Below are positions 40,945 through 50,364 of a stretch of 64,000 bases of DNA, in pieces. The position numbers and the translations under genes were made by a program. Numbering within the stretch: position 1 is the first letter of the stretch; the number at the start of each line of letters is the position of its first letter. Under the pieces are notes generated by a model that saw nothing but the letters and a program-made list of their open reading frames with translations, was not told the origin of the DNA and did not search any database. This DNA is from an uncultured delta proteobacterium (GTDB lineage: Bacteria > Desulfobacterota > Desulfobaccia > Desulfobaccales > 0-14-0-80-60-11), in contig CAWKEQ010000006.1 of NCBI GenBank assembly GCA_963848565.1, positions 16,666 through 80,665 on the forward strand, in the 5' to 3' direction.

Positions 40945-42084
40945 CTAGTGGCTGGTCTCCACGGCGTGGGAGACGGCCAGTTCCTCCAGGGTGCTTAGCG
41001 AAACTTCAATCCCCAAGCCAGGTCCGGGCAACTCAGAGGCCAGGCCGCCGGCATTGAAGACCACCGGATTGACGGCCACATCCCGGGCCAGCAGGTAGGG
41101 GGCATACGAGCCTTCCATATAGGCCAGGTGGGGTACGGTCAAGGCGAAATGGCGGCCGGCGGCGGCAAGGATACTGGTCTCTCCCACCTGACAGCCCACC
41201 TGGCATAAAACCCCGGCCTTCTCGGCCATCCGGCTGATGCGGGTGGCGGCTCCCGGGCCGCCGCACTTGGACAGACGAATATTGAAGCCCTGGCAGGCCT
41301 TCAGGGCGATCAGGCGGCGGGCATCGTCTTCATTACACAAAGACTCATCCGCGATTACCGGGATCTCGATCGCCTCGCGTACCTGTTTCAACCCGGCAAA
41401 GTCGGTCTTGGCCACCGGCTGCTCCACGGCGCTGAGGCGATAAGGCTGCATTTCCCGGAGTCGGGCAATCGCCTCAGCGGGCGTCCAGGCCGAGTTGGCA
41501 TCCACCCGGATATCGACCTCGTCGCCCAACACCTCCCGGGCCAGTCGCAAGGTCTCCAGGTCTGAGTCAATACCCACCTTGAGTTTGATAAAACGCATGC
41601 CGATCCCCTTGACCAGTTCGAATAATTGGCCCATTTTCTCCGGGGAGAGCATGGGGATGACGGCACTGTACTCCAGGGTGCTACGCAATTTGGGCCCGAT
41701 GAGCTCGGCCACTGGCATATTCCAGGTCTGGCCGGCAGCATCCAACAGGGCCGTCTCCAGGGCACAGAAGGCGCCGGGATGGCGCTGGGCCTGGGCGCGT
41801 TGATAAAGGTCACTCAGGGCTTTGACCAGCGCCTGGGGGGAAGGAAAATCCCGGGCCAAGATAGCCGGAGCCATGACCTGGTGGAGAAAGGCCAGGCTGT
41901 CGCTGAGCACCTCGCCGGTGACGAAGGTCCGGGGAACCCCCTCGCCGAATCCCCTGATCGCCGCATCGGTGGTCACCCCGAGGACGATGTTGTCAGAACC
42001 CTCGTGAGTCGCCAGATTATGCTTGATCGGGGACAGAAAGTCCAATTTCAGGTGCCAGGTATCTAGTTGCTTGACGATCATCAT
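40945..42084 (-). CDS. enolase-superfamily enzyme, muconate-lactonizing/dipeptide-epimerase subgroup
   Basis: Trimmed to MMIVKQLDTW; KxK (FIKLKVG) and metal ligands DANSAW / EQP / ADES. Overlaps the upstream gene by 68 nt if this start is right. Confidence 0.75.
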   Translation of the reverse strand: MMIVKQLDTWHLKLDFLSPIKHNLATHEGSDNIVLGVTTDAAIRGFGEGVPRTFVTGEVLSDSLAFLHQVMAPAILARDFPSPQALVKALSDLYQRAQAQRHPGAFCALETALLDAAGQTWNMPVAELIGPKLRSTLEYSAVIPMLSPEKMGQLFELVKGIGMRFIKLKVGIDSDLETLRLAREVLGDEVDIRVDANSAWTPAEAIARLREMQPYRLSAVEQPVAKTDFAGLKQVREAIEIPVIADESLCNEDDARRLIALKACQGFNIRLSKCGGPGAATRISRMAEKAGVLCQVGCQVGETSILAAAGRHFALTVPHLAYMEGSYAPYLLARDVAVNPVVFNAGGLASELPGPGLGIEVSLSTLEELAVSHAVETSH

Positions 42085-43021
42085 CGACCTCAAAGTGAGA
42101 TTTAACCATTTTGCCAAACTTCTTCCATTGGTACCATTGCTCCGGATAATCCTCAACCGCAGCCTCGAGCACGGACAAACATTGGTCGCTGATGGGCATG
42201 GTTGCCGGAAAAGCCCCATTGCCTACCGGGGTAAGTTTACAGGTATATTCCTTATTGCCTTCCCGCTTCACCATGGCCGTAATGACCTGGGCGCCGGAGC
42301 GCTTCCGCAGCAGTTCCAGGGTACGGTCCGCCGCTAGCCGGCAATTGAGAAAGTAACTGTTCCGGTGTGGATCAGTCCGCCATTCATCAAATTCATCGAC
42401 CTCGGTAATCAGAATCTGGCCTTCCTTGAGAGTCTTCATGGCCGTCAGGATAACGTTGCCGGTGTCGGCGTCCAGCAGGTTGAGGCCGATGGATTGAGCC
42501 CGCCAGCCCAGGGACTTCCGCAGCCGGTTGGTTTGGAAACGGCAGATCATGGAAGTGGGAAAACCATTCATCACCAGGGAGCCGGGCAGCATCTCCACCG
42601 CGCCGAAGTGCCCGGTGACCAGGATGACCCCTTTGCCTTGATCCAGGGCTGCCTGCAGATGCTCCTTTCCCTCAAAATGGACCTGGGATTTCAAGAACTT
42701 CAACAACTTGGGGAAATTAGAATAACCGACGAACAACTTCTCGTGGTAATGGTCGAAGATCCCTTTGAAGGCGTCTTTGATTTTCTGGTTGAGTATGGGA
42801 ACCGGGATCTTTCCCCGAAAGACATGTTTTATGGTCTTCCGGATAAGGGTTTTGTCTTTCCAGTTCAGGAGATAGTAGAGCCTGCCCAGGACCATAACAT
42901 AGCATCTGGAGACTGAGAAGGGCAAAAAGCGGAACAAGAAGCTGTTGAATCTCATTTGCAAGAACTTGCTCAGACTCAATGAGATTTTAGGCAGCCGAAA
43001 AGTCGTGGTAAACATGGTCAC
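42017..43021 (-). CDS. lysophospholipid/lipid A acyltransferase family protein (LpxL/HtrB-like)
   Basis: 334-aa ORF; N-terminal membrane anchor; HFGAVE motif in the position of the LpxL H(x)4(D/E) box. Confidence 0.6.
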   Translation of the reverse strand: MTMFTTTFRLPKISLSLSKFLQMRFNSFLFRFLPFSVSRCYVMVLGRLYYLLNWKDKTLIRKTIKHVFRGKIPVPILNQKIKDAFKGIFDHYHEKLFVGYSNFPKLLKFLKSQVHFEGKEHLQAALDQGKGVILVTGHFGAVEMLPGSLVMNGFPTSMICRFQTNRLRKSLGWRAQSIGLNLLDADTGNVILTAMKTLKEGQILITEVDEFDEWRTDPHRNSYFLNCRLAADRTLELLRKRSGAQVITAMVKREGNKEYTCKLTPVGNGAFPATMPISDQCLSVLEAAVEDYPEQWYQWKKFGKMVKSHFEVDDDRQATRYLAPEIGLSVPDQA

Positions 43022-43034
43022 GCTCCTTTGGACG

Positions 43035-43326
43035 AAAATAAAGTAAATCTTTTAAAATATTAACATTACGAAAAATTTAGTATAAGGGTTTCCCTAATAT
43101 CCGCTAGGGCCTTCCCCCCTTTTGGCTTCCGAATTCCCTCATGGAGAGGGGAACGGGACCGGCATACCTGGCGGGCCAGGACAGGGTAATTAAATTTAAT
43201 TAATTAATCCCGTAAGTTAGCCATGACAGCGCCGATGATTCATACCTCGGTCCTCCAGGGCAAAAGTGAAAGAGCAAATCTTTTAAAATAGTAGCCTTTT
43301 TAGAATAGTTCTCTAGGGCAATCCCT
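43035..43326. promoter_or_regulatory. two copies of a repeated intergenic module (AAATCTTTTAAAATA + 24-25 nt + AGGG-N3/4-CCCT palindrome)
   Basis: Copy 1 is AAATCTTTTAAAATA 43045..43059 with AGGGTTTCCCT 43085..43095. Copy 2 is the same 15-mer at 43276..43290 with AGGGCAATCCCT 43315..43326. A third related module lies at 48253..48318. Confidence 0.5.
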
Positions 43327-43986
43327 ATTTATCTTTTCGAAAACCCTGCTTATGGGGTTTGCTTTTCCTCATGACACACAACCCCCTCCGGCGGGATTAA
43401 GAAACGCCCACTGCACCATAGCGAATCTAAATTTCCCCCACAATGGGGAAACATCATGATTTGACGAATGAAAACCCTAATTTGCGCAGGGGAAATGGCT
43501 ACATCCACCAGGAAGTAAAAGTTTACAATTCTGTGCTGCAATGGTATTTGGCCGACTTTACCAGGGGAAGTGGAGCCCCTTGCAGGTCTAAGGAAGAGGA
43601 CCGAACCGTGGGTTTTTTGCTGGTGAAAGCAGATGAGTTATTGTTGATGACCGGGAGATTCTTAATGGTAACCCGGTAATGATGGCAGGTGAAGCACTTT
43701 CTCTTGACATTTGCCCATAGTTCTTTATCATGCGTTCACAGGGCAACCGATTGAAAAATTCAGTTTAACCGCAATTCCGGCTGATTAAGTTGGTGAGGCG
43801 CGGCATCGCCGGTCAGGTTTCCCCGGACTCCCGAGACATGCGGCCAGAGAGGCCTAAGGCCTTCCTGGCAGAAGTTTATAGAGGCGCCCGCCTGGTTTCC
43901 CGGTCAACGAGGGGGAAGCCGAGGGAAGCGGCCAGACGCGGGTGAGGCTAAGGACGGCCTAATGAGGAACGGGGTCAGATAATCAG

Positions 43987-46644
43987 ATGGAGAAGCATCA
44001 CAGTTGCCTTAATACCCGGGCCATAATCGAATTTTTTCAAGAAAAAATGCCGGAGGAGGTTCACCGTCTCTTCACGGGCCTGGGGCCGGAAATTGAAGGC
44101 CTGGCCAACCCCCAGGAATTTTTGATGGAGAGGAACAACTGGGTGTCCAGTGATGTGGTCACCCGGATGTTTGAAAATGCCAAGGCCATAACCCTGGATG
44201 ATAGCATTGCGTTTAAGATCGGGTTTGAATCCGCCGCCAGGAAAAAGTTAGGCTATGTCCAACGAATTATCCTGTTTGCTTACAAAAATCCCCGCCGCAG
44301 CCTGAAAAAACTCCAAACTATTAACGATAAATTCAATAAAAACAAGCGGGTTGAAGTAGTGGAAATCCGGGGTGAGCGAGCCGTCATCCGGCTGCACTGG
44401 TTCAAAGACATTCCGGGCACGATTGATTATTGTTTGTTTAATAAAGGGATCTACTCCGGGATCCCCACGATCTGGAATCTTCCCCCCGCCTCCCTGGAAG
44501 AAACTAAATGCTTTTTCCAAGGGGATGAGTATTGCGAGTATCACTATAGGTGGGAGAGAAGGTTTTCTGTGAAAGAAGGTTTGTTGAGGCTGCTGGTACC
44601 CTGGCGGGCGCTCAATTATACCATTGATGAATTGGAGCGGGATAAAGAACTCCTGAAGAAGAAATTTGACGAGGTCCACCGGTTAAATATCCAGTTAAAA
44701 GAAAAGATCGATCAGCTCATCTGCATGCAGGAAACCAGCACGGCGGCGCTCTCGGTTCTCAACCTGGAGAAACTGCTGCAGGTAACGTTGCGACTCCTCA
44801 TCAACTCGGCCAAACTGGATCGGGCCGGGATACTGCTCCTGGACGAAAAAAGGGAGGCGCTGGAGCTCACCTATGCGGAGGGGATCCCCCCCGAAGTTTT
44901 TGAGAAGGTGAGGAATTATAAGATTCCCATTACGAAAGTGGACAACGTCATTGCCCGGGTCGCCATGACCGGCATCCCGGTGGTGATTCAGGATGTGGGG
45001 CGCAGCAAACTTAACATGAACAACGCCTTGATCCAATTTTTCAAGCCCAAGGCCTTCATTCTGGTTCCCCTCACGGTGCGGGGCAAGGTGATCGGCGTGC
45101 TCCTGGCCGATCGCGTCCACGCGGAGGCGATGATCACCGATGGCGACCGGGAGTTTATTGTGAGTTTTGCCAACCAGATTGCCATAGCCCTGGAAAATGC
45201 GGTACTCTACCGCAAGTTGGAAGTGTCGGAACGGAAATACCGCGAACTGGTGGAGAATGCCCACGAAGGAATCTGGATTATCGATGAGACCGGTCTCATC
45301 AAATTTGCCAACCGGCGGATGAGAGAGATTACCGGCCATGATATGCTGGAAAATAGAAAAATTTACGACCTACTGGATAAGGACAATCAGGCGCGGTTAC
45401 GGGAGGTTATGGCCCAGAACCGGATGAATAATGTGGCGCAGCAGGAACTGGATATCACCTGCAAGAACCTGGAACTGGCCTCGGTCATCATGAGTTCGGT
45501 GCCTTTGTTCGAAGACGGCCATTTTGTGGGCGCTTTTGCCATGTTCAGTGATATCACCGCGCTGCGGGAAACCGAGAAACGATTCCGGAAGATCTTTGAA
45601 GAAGCGGCCATCGGCATGTCTCTGGGGGATCTGAGCGGCCGCCTCCTGGATGTCAACCCGACTTTTCTGAAGATGCTGGGATATGAAAAAGACGAGATGG
45701 TCCAGAAAAATTTCAAGGACTTCCTCCATCCGGAAGATGCCCTGAAATGCGTCAAACTGTTCCACGAATTGGGGAAGGGAACACGAGATTCCTATTCCCG
45801 GGAGAATCGCTACCTGCATAAGGATAACCGGGTGGTCTGGGGACAGGTAACTGTGTCCCTGCTCCGGGCCGTCGGTGGGGCGCCACAGTTTTCCATCGCC
45901 ATGGTGGCGGATATTTCCGACCGGAAAAAGGCGGAGGAAGATATCCGCACCTATCAGGAGCAGCTCCAATCGCTGGCGTCGGAGTTATCCCTGACCGAAG
46001 AACGCGAACGGCGGCGCCTGGGGACGGACCTCCATGACCATATCGGCCAGGCCCTGGCCATCTCGAAGATCAAACTGGGGGTGCTCCAAAAATCCATCAC
46101 TGCGGAGGAACAAGCCAAATCTTTGTCCGAGGTGCGGGGGCTGATTGATCAGATGATCCAGGATACCAGGTCCTTGACCTTCGAACTGAGCCTCCCGGTG
46201 CTCTACGAACTGGGCTTTGAGGCGGCGGTGGAATGGTTCGCCCGGCAAGTCCGGGCGCAGCACGGCCTCAAAGTGGACGTGCAAAAAGATATGCTTCCCA
46301 TCCCCATGGATGATGAGATCAAAGTCCTGCTCTTCCGTTCGGTACGGGAGTTGATGCTTAATATCGTCAAACATGCCCAAGCCCACAATGCCCGGGTAAC
46401 CATCAGGCGGGAAAGCGACGACGTGAGCATCGCGGTGGAGGACGACGGGGTGGGGATTAAAGACCACCGGCAAGACTCGAAGCTAAGAAGCAACGGCGGC
46501 TTTGGGCTTTTCAGTATTAGAGAGCGCTTGCGTTACCTTGGAGGACAATTGCAGGTGGAACCGGGCAAGGTCCGGGGCACCCGCATCACCCTGGTAGTAC
46601 CCCTCCAGCACGCTAAGAAAGCTCAGGAGAGGGCCGTGAGATGA
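43987..46644 (+). CDS. cytoplasmic multi-domain sensor histidine kinase (N-terminal V4R-like?, GAF, 2x PAS, HisKA_3, HATPase)
   Basis: 885-aa ORF; H-box DLHDHIGQALA (HisKA_3 type, partner of NarL-family regulators); GGFGLFSIRERL G-box region. The V4R-like call is tentative (…CFFQGDEYCEY). Confidence 0.88.
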   Translation: MEKHHSCLNTRAIIEFFQEKMPEEVHRLFTGLGPEIEGLANPQEFLMERNNWVSSDVVTRMFENAKAITLDDSIAFKIGFESAARKKLGYVQRIILFAYKNPRRSLKKLQTINDKFNKNKRVEVVEIRGERAVIRLHWFKDIPGTIDYCLFNKGIYSGIPTIWNLPPASLEETKCFFQGDEYCEYHYRWERRFSVKEGLLRLLVPWRALNYTIDELERDKELLKKKFDEVHRLNIQLKEKIDQLICMQETSTAALSVLNLEKLLQVTLRLLINSAKLDRAGILLLDEKREALELTYAEGIPPEVFEKVRNYKIPITKVDNVIARVAMTGIPVVIQDVGRSKLNMNNALIQFFKPKAFILVPLTVRGKVIGVLLADRVHAEAMITDGDREFIVSFANQIAIALENAVLYRKLEVSERKYRELVENAHEGIWIIDETGLIKFANRRMREITGHDMLENRKIYDLLDKDNQARLREVMAQNRMNNVAQQELDITCKNLELASVIMSSVPLFEDGHFVGAFAMFSDITALRETEKRFRKIFEEAAIGMSLGDLSGRLLDVNPTFLKMLGYEKDEMVQKNFKDFLHPEDALKCVKLFHELGKGTRDSYSRENRYLHKDNRVVWGQVTVSLLRAVGGAPQFSIAMVADISDRKKAEEDIRTYQEQLQSLASELSLTEERERRRLGTDLHDHIGQALAISKIKLGVLQKSITAEEQAKSLSEVRGLIDQMIQDTRSLTFELSLPVLYELGFEAAVEWFARQVRAQHGLKVDVQKDMLPIPMDDEIKVLLFRSVRELMLNIVKHAQAHNARVTIRRESDDVSIAVEDDGVGIKDHRQDSKLRSNGGFGLFSIRERLRYLGGQLQVEPGKVRGTRITLVVPLQHAKKAQERAVR

Positions 46645-47297
46645 TCAAGATCATATTGGCGGACGACCACCAGATAGTGCGTCACGGGCTCCGGACGCTG
46701 CTGTCGGCGGAACCTGACATTGAGATTGTGGGTGAAGCGGAAAATGGGCGGGAGGTGGTCAGGTTGGTCCAGGAACTTTCCCCCCAGGTGGTGATCATGG
46801 ACATTTCCATGCCCGACCTGAATGGCATCGAAGCCACACGTCAGATACTGAGCGAAGCTTCCGGAGTCAAAGTTATTGCCCTGTCGATGCATTCCGACAG
46901 TCTCTTCGTGCTGAATATGTTCAAGGCGGGGGCTTCGGGCTACCTGCTCAAAGATTGCGCTTTAGAGGAATTGGTCAAAGCGGTGCGCACGGTGCTGAAC
47001 CGCCAGGTCTATCTCAGCCCCGGCATTTCCGATATTGTGATCAAAGACTTCGTCATCGGGTGGTCTTCAGAGGAGTCCGCTTCCTCGGCCTACTCGATCC
47101 TGACGGCCAGGGAACGACAAGTACTGCAGCTCATGGCCGAAGGCAAAAACACTACCCAGATCGCCGAGAGCCTGTTCGTCAGCGTCAAGACGGTGGAAGC
47201 CCATCGCAAACAACTGATGAACAAGTTGGATATCCACAGCGTGGCCGAACTTACCAAGTACGCCATCCGCCAAGGACTGACATCCCTGGACGCTTGA
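46641..47297 (+). CDS. NarL/LuxR family response regulator
   Basis: 218-aa ORF; REC (ADDHQ…IMDISMPD…) plus LuxR HTH (LTARERQVLQLMAEGKNTTQIAESLFVSVKTVEAHR); start overlaps the kinase stop. Confidence 0.92.
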   Translation: MIKIILADDHQIVRHGLRTLLSAEPDIEIVGEAENGREVVRLVQELSPQVVIMDISMPDLNGIEATRQILSEASGVKVIALSMHSDSLFVLNMFKAGASGYLLKDCALEELVKAVRTVLNRQVYLSPGISDIVIKDFVIGWSSEESASSAYSILTARERQVLQLMAEGKNTTQIAESLFVSVKTVEAHRKQLMNKLDIHSVAELTKYAIRQGLTSLDA

Positions 47298-47518
47298 TTT
47301 CGGCAACATTTCCGCCGCCTTGCCTTCATCTCTGGGTCTGGGAATATTCAGGCTTTGCGCATCGCAAAATCAGGGAATCCCCGACTGTAATTCATCCCGC
47401 ATAAGTGTAGAAGAATAATCAGAAAATTCTAAGACGGGTCCCGGCCGGGACGCAACGGACCATCTTCGGCTGCGGCCGGGGAGCGGCAGGCGAATGATTG
47501 ATTATTGGGGGTATTCCC

Positions 47519-48208
47519 ATGGGCCAGCGAAAAAATTCATTTGACCACACAAAAGGACCTATCAGGATCATCCTGGCGGACGACCACCAGATTGTGCGTC
47601 AGGGGCTGCGCATCCTGCTGGAAGCCGAAACTGACATGGAGATAGTCGCTGAGGCTGATAACGGGCGCAATGTCTTAAAACAGGCCCAGGACCTTCTCCC
47701 CGATATCATCATCATGGATCTGTCCATGCCCGAGCTCAACGGCATCGAGGCGACCCGCCAGATACTGGCCGGGGCTCCGGAGATCAAGGTGATCGCCTTG
47801 TCGATGCATTCCGACAGCCTCTTTGTGCTCAACATGATCAAAGCCGGCGCCTCGGGTTACCTGCTGAAGGACTGCGCCCTGGAAGAACTGGTAAAAGCCA
47901 TCCGCGCCGTGGTCGCTCATAAAACCTACTTGAGTCCGGGAGTTTCGGACATCGTGATCAGGGATTTTGTGACTGGTTGGCAGACCACCAATGAGTCGGC
48001 GTTTTCCGTCCTGTCGCCCAGAGAACGGGAAGTGCTGCAACTCATGGCCGAAGGCAGAACCACCAACCAGATCGCCGACGGTCTCTGTGTCAGCGTCAAG
48101 ACCGTGGAAGCCCACCGCAAACAGGTCATGACCAAGTTGGGGATTCACAGTGTCGCCGAACTCACCAAATATGCCATCCGCCAGGGACTGACCTCTTTAG
48201 AAGTTTAA
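47519..48208 (+). CDS. NarL/LuxR family response regulator (paralogue 2)
   Basis: Trimmed to MGQRKNSF; highly similar to 46641..47297 over both REC and HTH. Confidence 0.9.
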   Translation: MGQRKNSFDHTKGPIRIILADDHQIVRQGLRILLEAETDMEIVAEADNGRNVLKQAQDLLPDIIIMDLSMPELNGIEATRQILAGAPEIKVIALSMHSDSLFVLNMIKAGASGYLLKDCALEELVKAIRAVVAHKTYLSPGVSDIVIRDFVTGWQTTNESAFSVLSPREREVLQLMAEGRTTNQIADGLCVSVKTVEAHRKQVMTKLGIHSVAELTKYAIRQGLTSLEV

Positions 48209-48284
48209 CCCGGTCTGGGGACCCGCACAGGCCCGGCTCGTTACCTTGTATCAATAAAAGTAAGGTTTTTCAGAAATAAGAATT

Positions 48285-48318
48285 AGGGATTTCCTAAGTG
48301 CATTTTGGGGAAATCCCT
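48285..48318. promoter_or_regulatory. perfect 10-bp inverted repeat AGGGATTTCC-N14-GGAAATCCCT
   Basis: Read directly; 117 nt upstream of the third receiver gene. Its half-sites resemble the AGGG…CCCT palindromes at 43085 and 43315. Confidence 0.5.
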
Positions 48319-48434
48319 ATATTTTTATACCTGCCGCCTTAGGTAGCGTATTGGCCTCGGTTCCATGGCCTAAACGTTGCCTGCTGCAGCACGCCTCCTC
48401 GCTATCTGCCCAATCGACCTGCCTGGGAGACAAG

Positions 48435-48875
48435 ATGACCATTAAGATTGTCATGGCGGATTGCCACCAGATAATACGCCGTGGCCTTGCCCAGCTTCTG
48501 GCCGGTGAACCGGATATGGTGGTGGTGGGTGAGGCGGGAGATTGCCTCACTACCCTCAAGCTCATCGAAGAATTTTCCCCCCAGGTGGTGATCCTGGATA
48601 TATCCATGCCCGACTTGAACGGCGTGGAGGCGACTCGCCGCATATTGTCTCAATTTCCCCGGATCAAGGTCATCGCCCTCTCCATGCACTCTGACAGTCT
48701 TTTTGTCTTAAATATGCTCAACGCCGGGGCCTCGGGCTATCTGTTGAAAGATTGCGCCCTGGAGGAACTGGCGAAGTCCATTCGCACCGTGGTAGATCAA
48801 AAAATCTATCTCAGCCCCAAATTATCCAACCTGCTGGTCTCAGATCTGGCCAATAAACTCTCCCAAGACGATTAG
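48435..48875 (+). CDS. stand-alone receiver domain protein (paralogue 3, no HTH)
   Basis: Trimmed to MTIKIVMADCHQ; REC about two-thirds identical by eye to the two regulators. It ends 146 aa in without a LuxR HTH, and the acidic pair reads DC instead of DD. Confidence 0.8.
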   Translation: MTIKIVMADCHQIIRRGLAQLLAGEPDMVVVGEAGDCLTTLKLIEEFSPQVVILDISMPDLNGVEATRRILSQFPRIKVIALSMHSDSLFVLNMLNAGASGYLLKDCALEELAKSIRTVVDQKIYLSPKLSNLLVSDLANKLSQDD

Positions 48876-49082
48876 CCTTATTGCCAGCCCTCCCAAGGCG
48901 AATCACCACCGGCTCCCGATCATTCCTGAATAGTAGCTTCCCCCCAACCAAAATCAGCAAATCCTGCCATGAATATCAGTAGTTCCTCGCAGTGTGCTAA
49001 AACTCAATCGTGTTATGTGTATGAGTAGCAACCGCATAAGGCGGAGGAGAGAACGTTAAGGATTGGCTGAAAGAGGTGGGTA

Positions 49083-49334
49083 TTGATTATGAAGGGCGCA
49101 GCGGCTCACAAAAAGGAGAGTGTTATGGGACCAACGGTCTCGGTTTGCCGCAAAGGTGAGGATTTATACCTCACCTTGGAGGGAGATTTCAACCAGATTT
49201 CCTCCCAGCAACTGCTTGAGGCGTTGAGAAAACTGGTGTTGACCTCCCTGAAGTGTTTTGCCCCGGATTCCCCGGTGGCGTTTACCTTCAAAACCCATGG
49301 CAAGGTAGACCCCAAGAAAACGGAGCAGGCTTAA
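49083..49334 (+). CDS. small hypothetical protein
   Basis: 83-aa ORF; no recognisable family (faint STAS-like VSVCRKGEDLYLTLEGDFNQISSQQLLEAL). Confidence 0.3.
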   Translation: MIMKGAAAHKKESVMGPTVSVCRKGEDLYLTLEGDFNQISSQQLLEALRKLVLTSLKCFAPDSPVAFTFKTHGKVDPKKTEQA

Positions 49335-49485
49335 TCCCGGGGGGCGCTATCGACGTGCTTGAGTTCAGGTATTCCCGGAGGAGATCAACCGGGATGCAGG
49401 GCCGGCGCGGGGAGTTGGGGCGCACTAACGCCGAACCATCCCTTGGCGCCGGGGAAACCGAGCCTGCGAAGGTTCCCGACGGGCT

Positions 49486-50364
49486 TCAGTATCCCACCGG
49501 CAGCCGGTAGAGAATATCCGCCAGTTCGCTGGCGCTGGCGATGGGCTCGGCCGTCTCGCCATGCAGTTTCAGGCATTCCAACCACAATCCCGGTAAATCC
49601 CGGCCCGCCGGTTCCCAATCCACTTCCAGGGGAAAAAGGGGGTTTTCCCGGCTGGCGGCCTCCCAGGCTTCGAGGCTGGCAAAGCGCCGGTCCAGAGCCA
49701 TCGCCCGCCCGAAGGCGCTGTTGGCAATATCCTGATTGAAGCCGGTGCTCCAGAAGAAGTCGATGAGCGCCGGCACCGCCTGGGCCAGGGGCACCCCCTC
49801 CAGCATCTCCGGCCGGTAGCGCAAGCAGACCCTCTGACTGCCGTAGTGGCCCGGTTCTCCCCGGACGTTGGGCAGGTTGGTGTGGTAGAGGGTATCGGTG
49901 AGAGCACTCAAGGAACTGTTCCGGAAGAACATCTTCATTTCCTCGAAACCATCCCGGTAGAAGGTCAGGACAGAGATGATGTAAGGCAGGGCCAATAGGT
50001 AAGGCTGGTAATCGTCCCCGCCTTTCTTTTCCCGGCTGACCCTGAGGGTGCGGCATTGGGGGGGATGCTCCATCACCAGGAAGAGGAGGTCTTTTTTCCG
50101 GGAGAGCCAGCGGGCCCCCGGAGGCAACACCGGCAGCGGCGGCGGCATGACCCGGGCCACGTAGCGCAACACCGCCTCCAGCGGCGCCCGGCGACCCACC
50201 CGGCTCTGGCCTTCACCGTTCCCCTCCAGCAGCAGGATCTCGCTGCCCTCAATGATGATCTTGTCTCGGATGGCCGCGTTTCCTTGCTTCTTTTTCCCCC
50301 CTTTGAAAAAGGCGATTATCTGGATAATTGACATACGGATCAAATCGCCCGGAGAAGGGGGCAA
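49486..50364 (-). CDS. hypothetical protein with UBC/E2-like HxN…C signature (tentative)
   Basis: 292-aa ORF (TTG at 50364, or ATG at 50334); strand-rich core followed by LYHTNLPNVRGEPGHYGSQRVCL; codon usage matches the GC-rich flanks. Confidence 0.6.
   Translation of the reverse strand: MPPSPGDLIRMSIIQIIAFFKGGKKKQGNAAIRDKIIIEGSEILLLEGNGEGQSRVGRRAPLEAVLRYVARVMPPPLPVLPPGARWLSRKKDLLFLVMEHPPQCRTLRVSREKKGGDDYQPYLLALPYIISVLTFYRDGFEEMKMFFRNSSLSALTDTLYHTNLPNVRGEPGHYGSQRVCLRYRPEMLEGVPLAQAVPALIDFFWSTGFNQDIANSAFGRAMALDRRFASLEAWEAASRENPLFPLEVDWEPAGRDLPGLWLECLKLHGETAEPIASASELADILYRLPVGY

Noticed and set aside
47370-47385. GGGAATCCCC element upstream of regulator 2, considered as a third operator
   Set aside because: It is only a 3+3 bp palindrome around a 3-nt centre, too weak to call on its own. 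It is mentioned only in support of the stronger sites.
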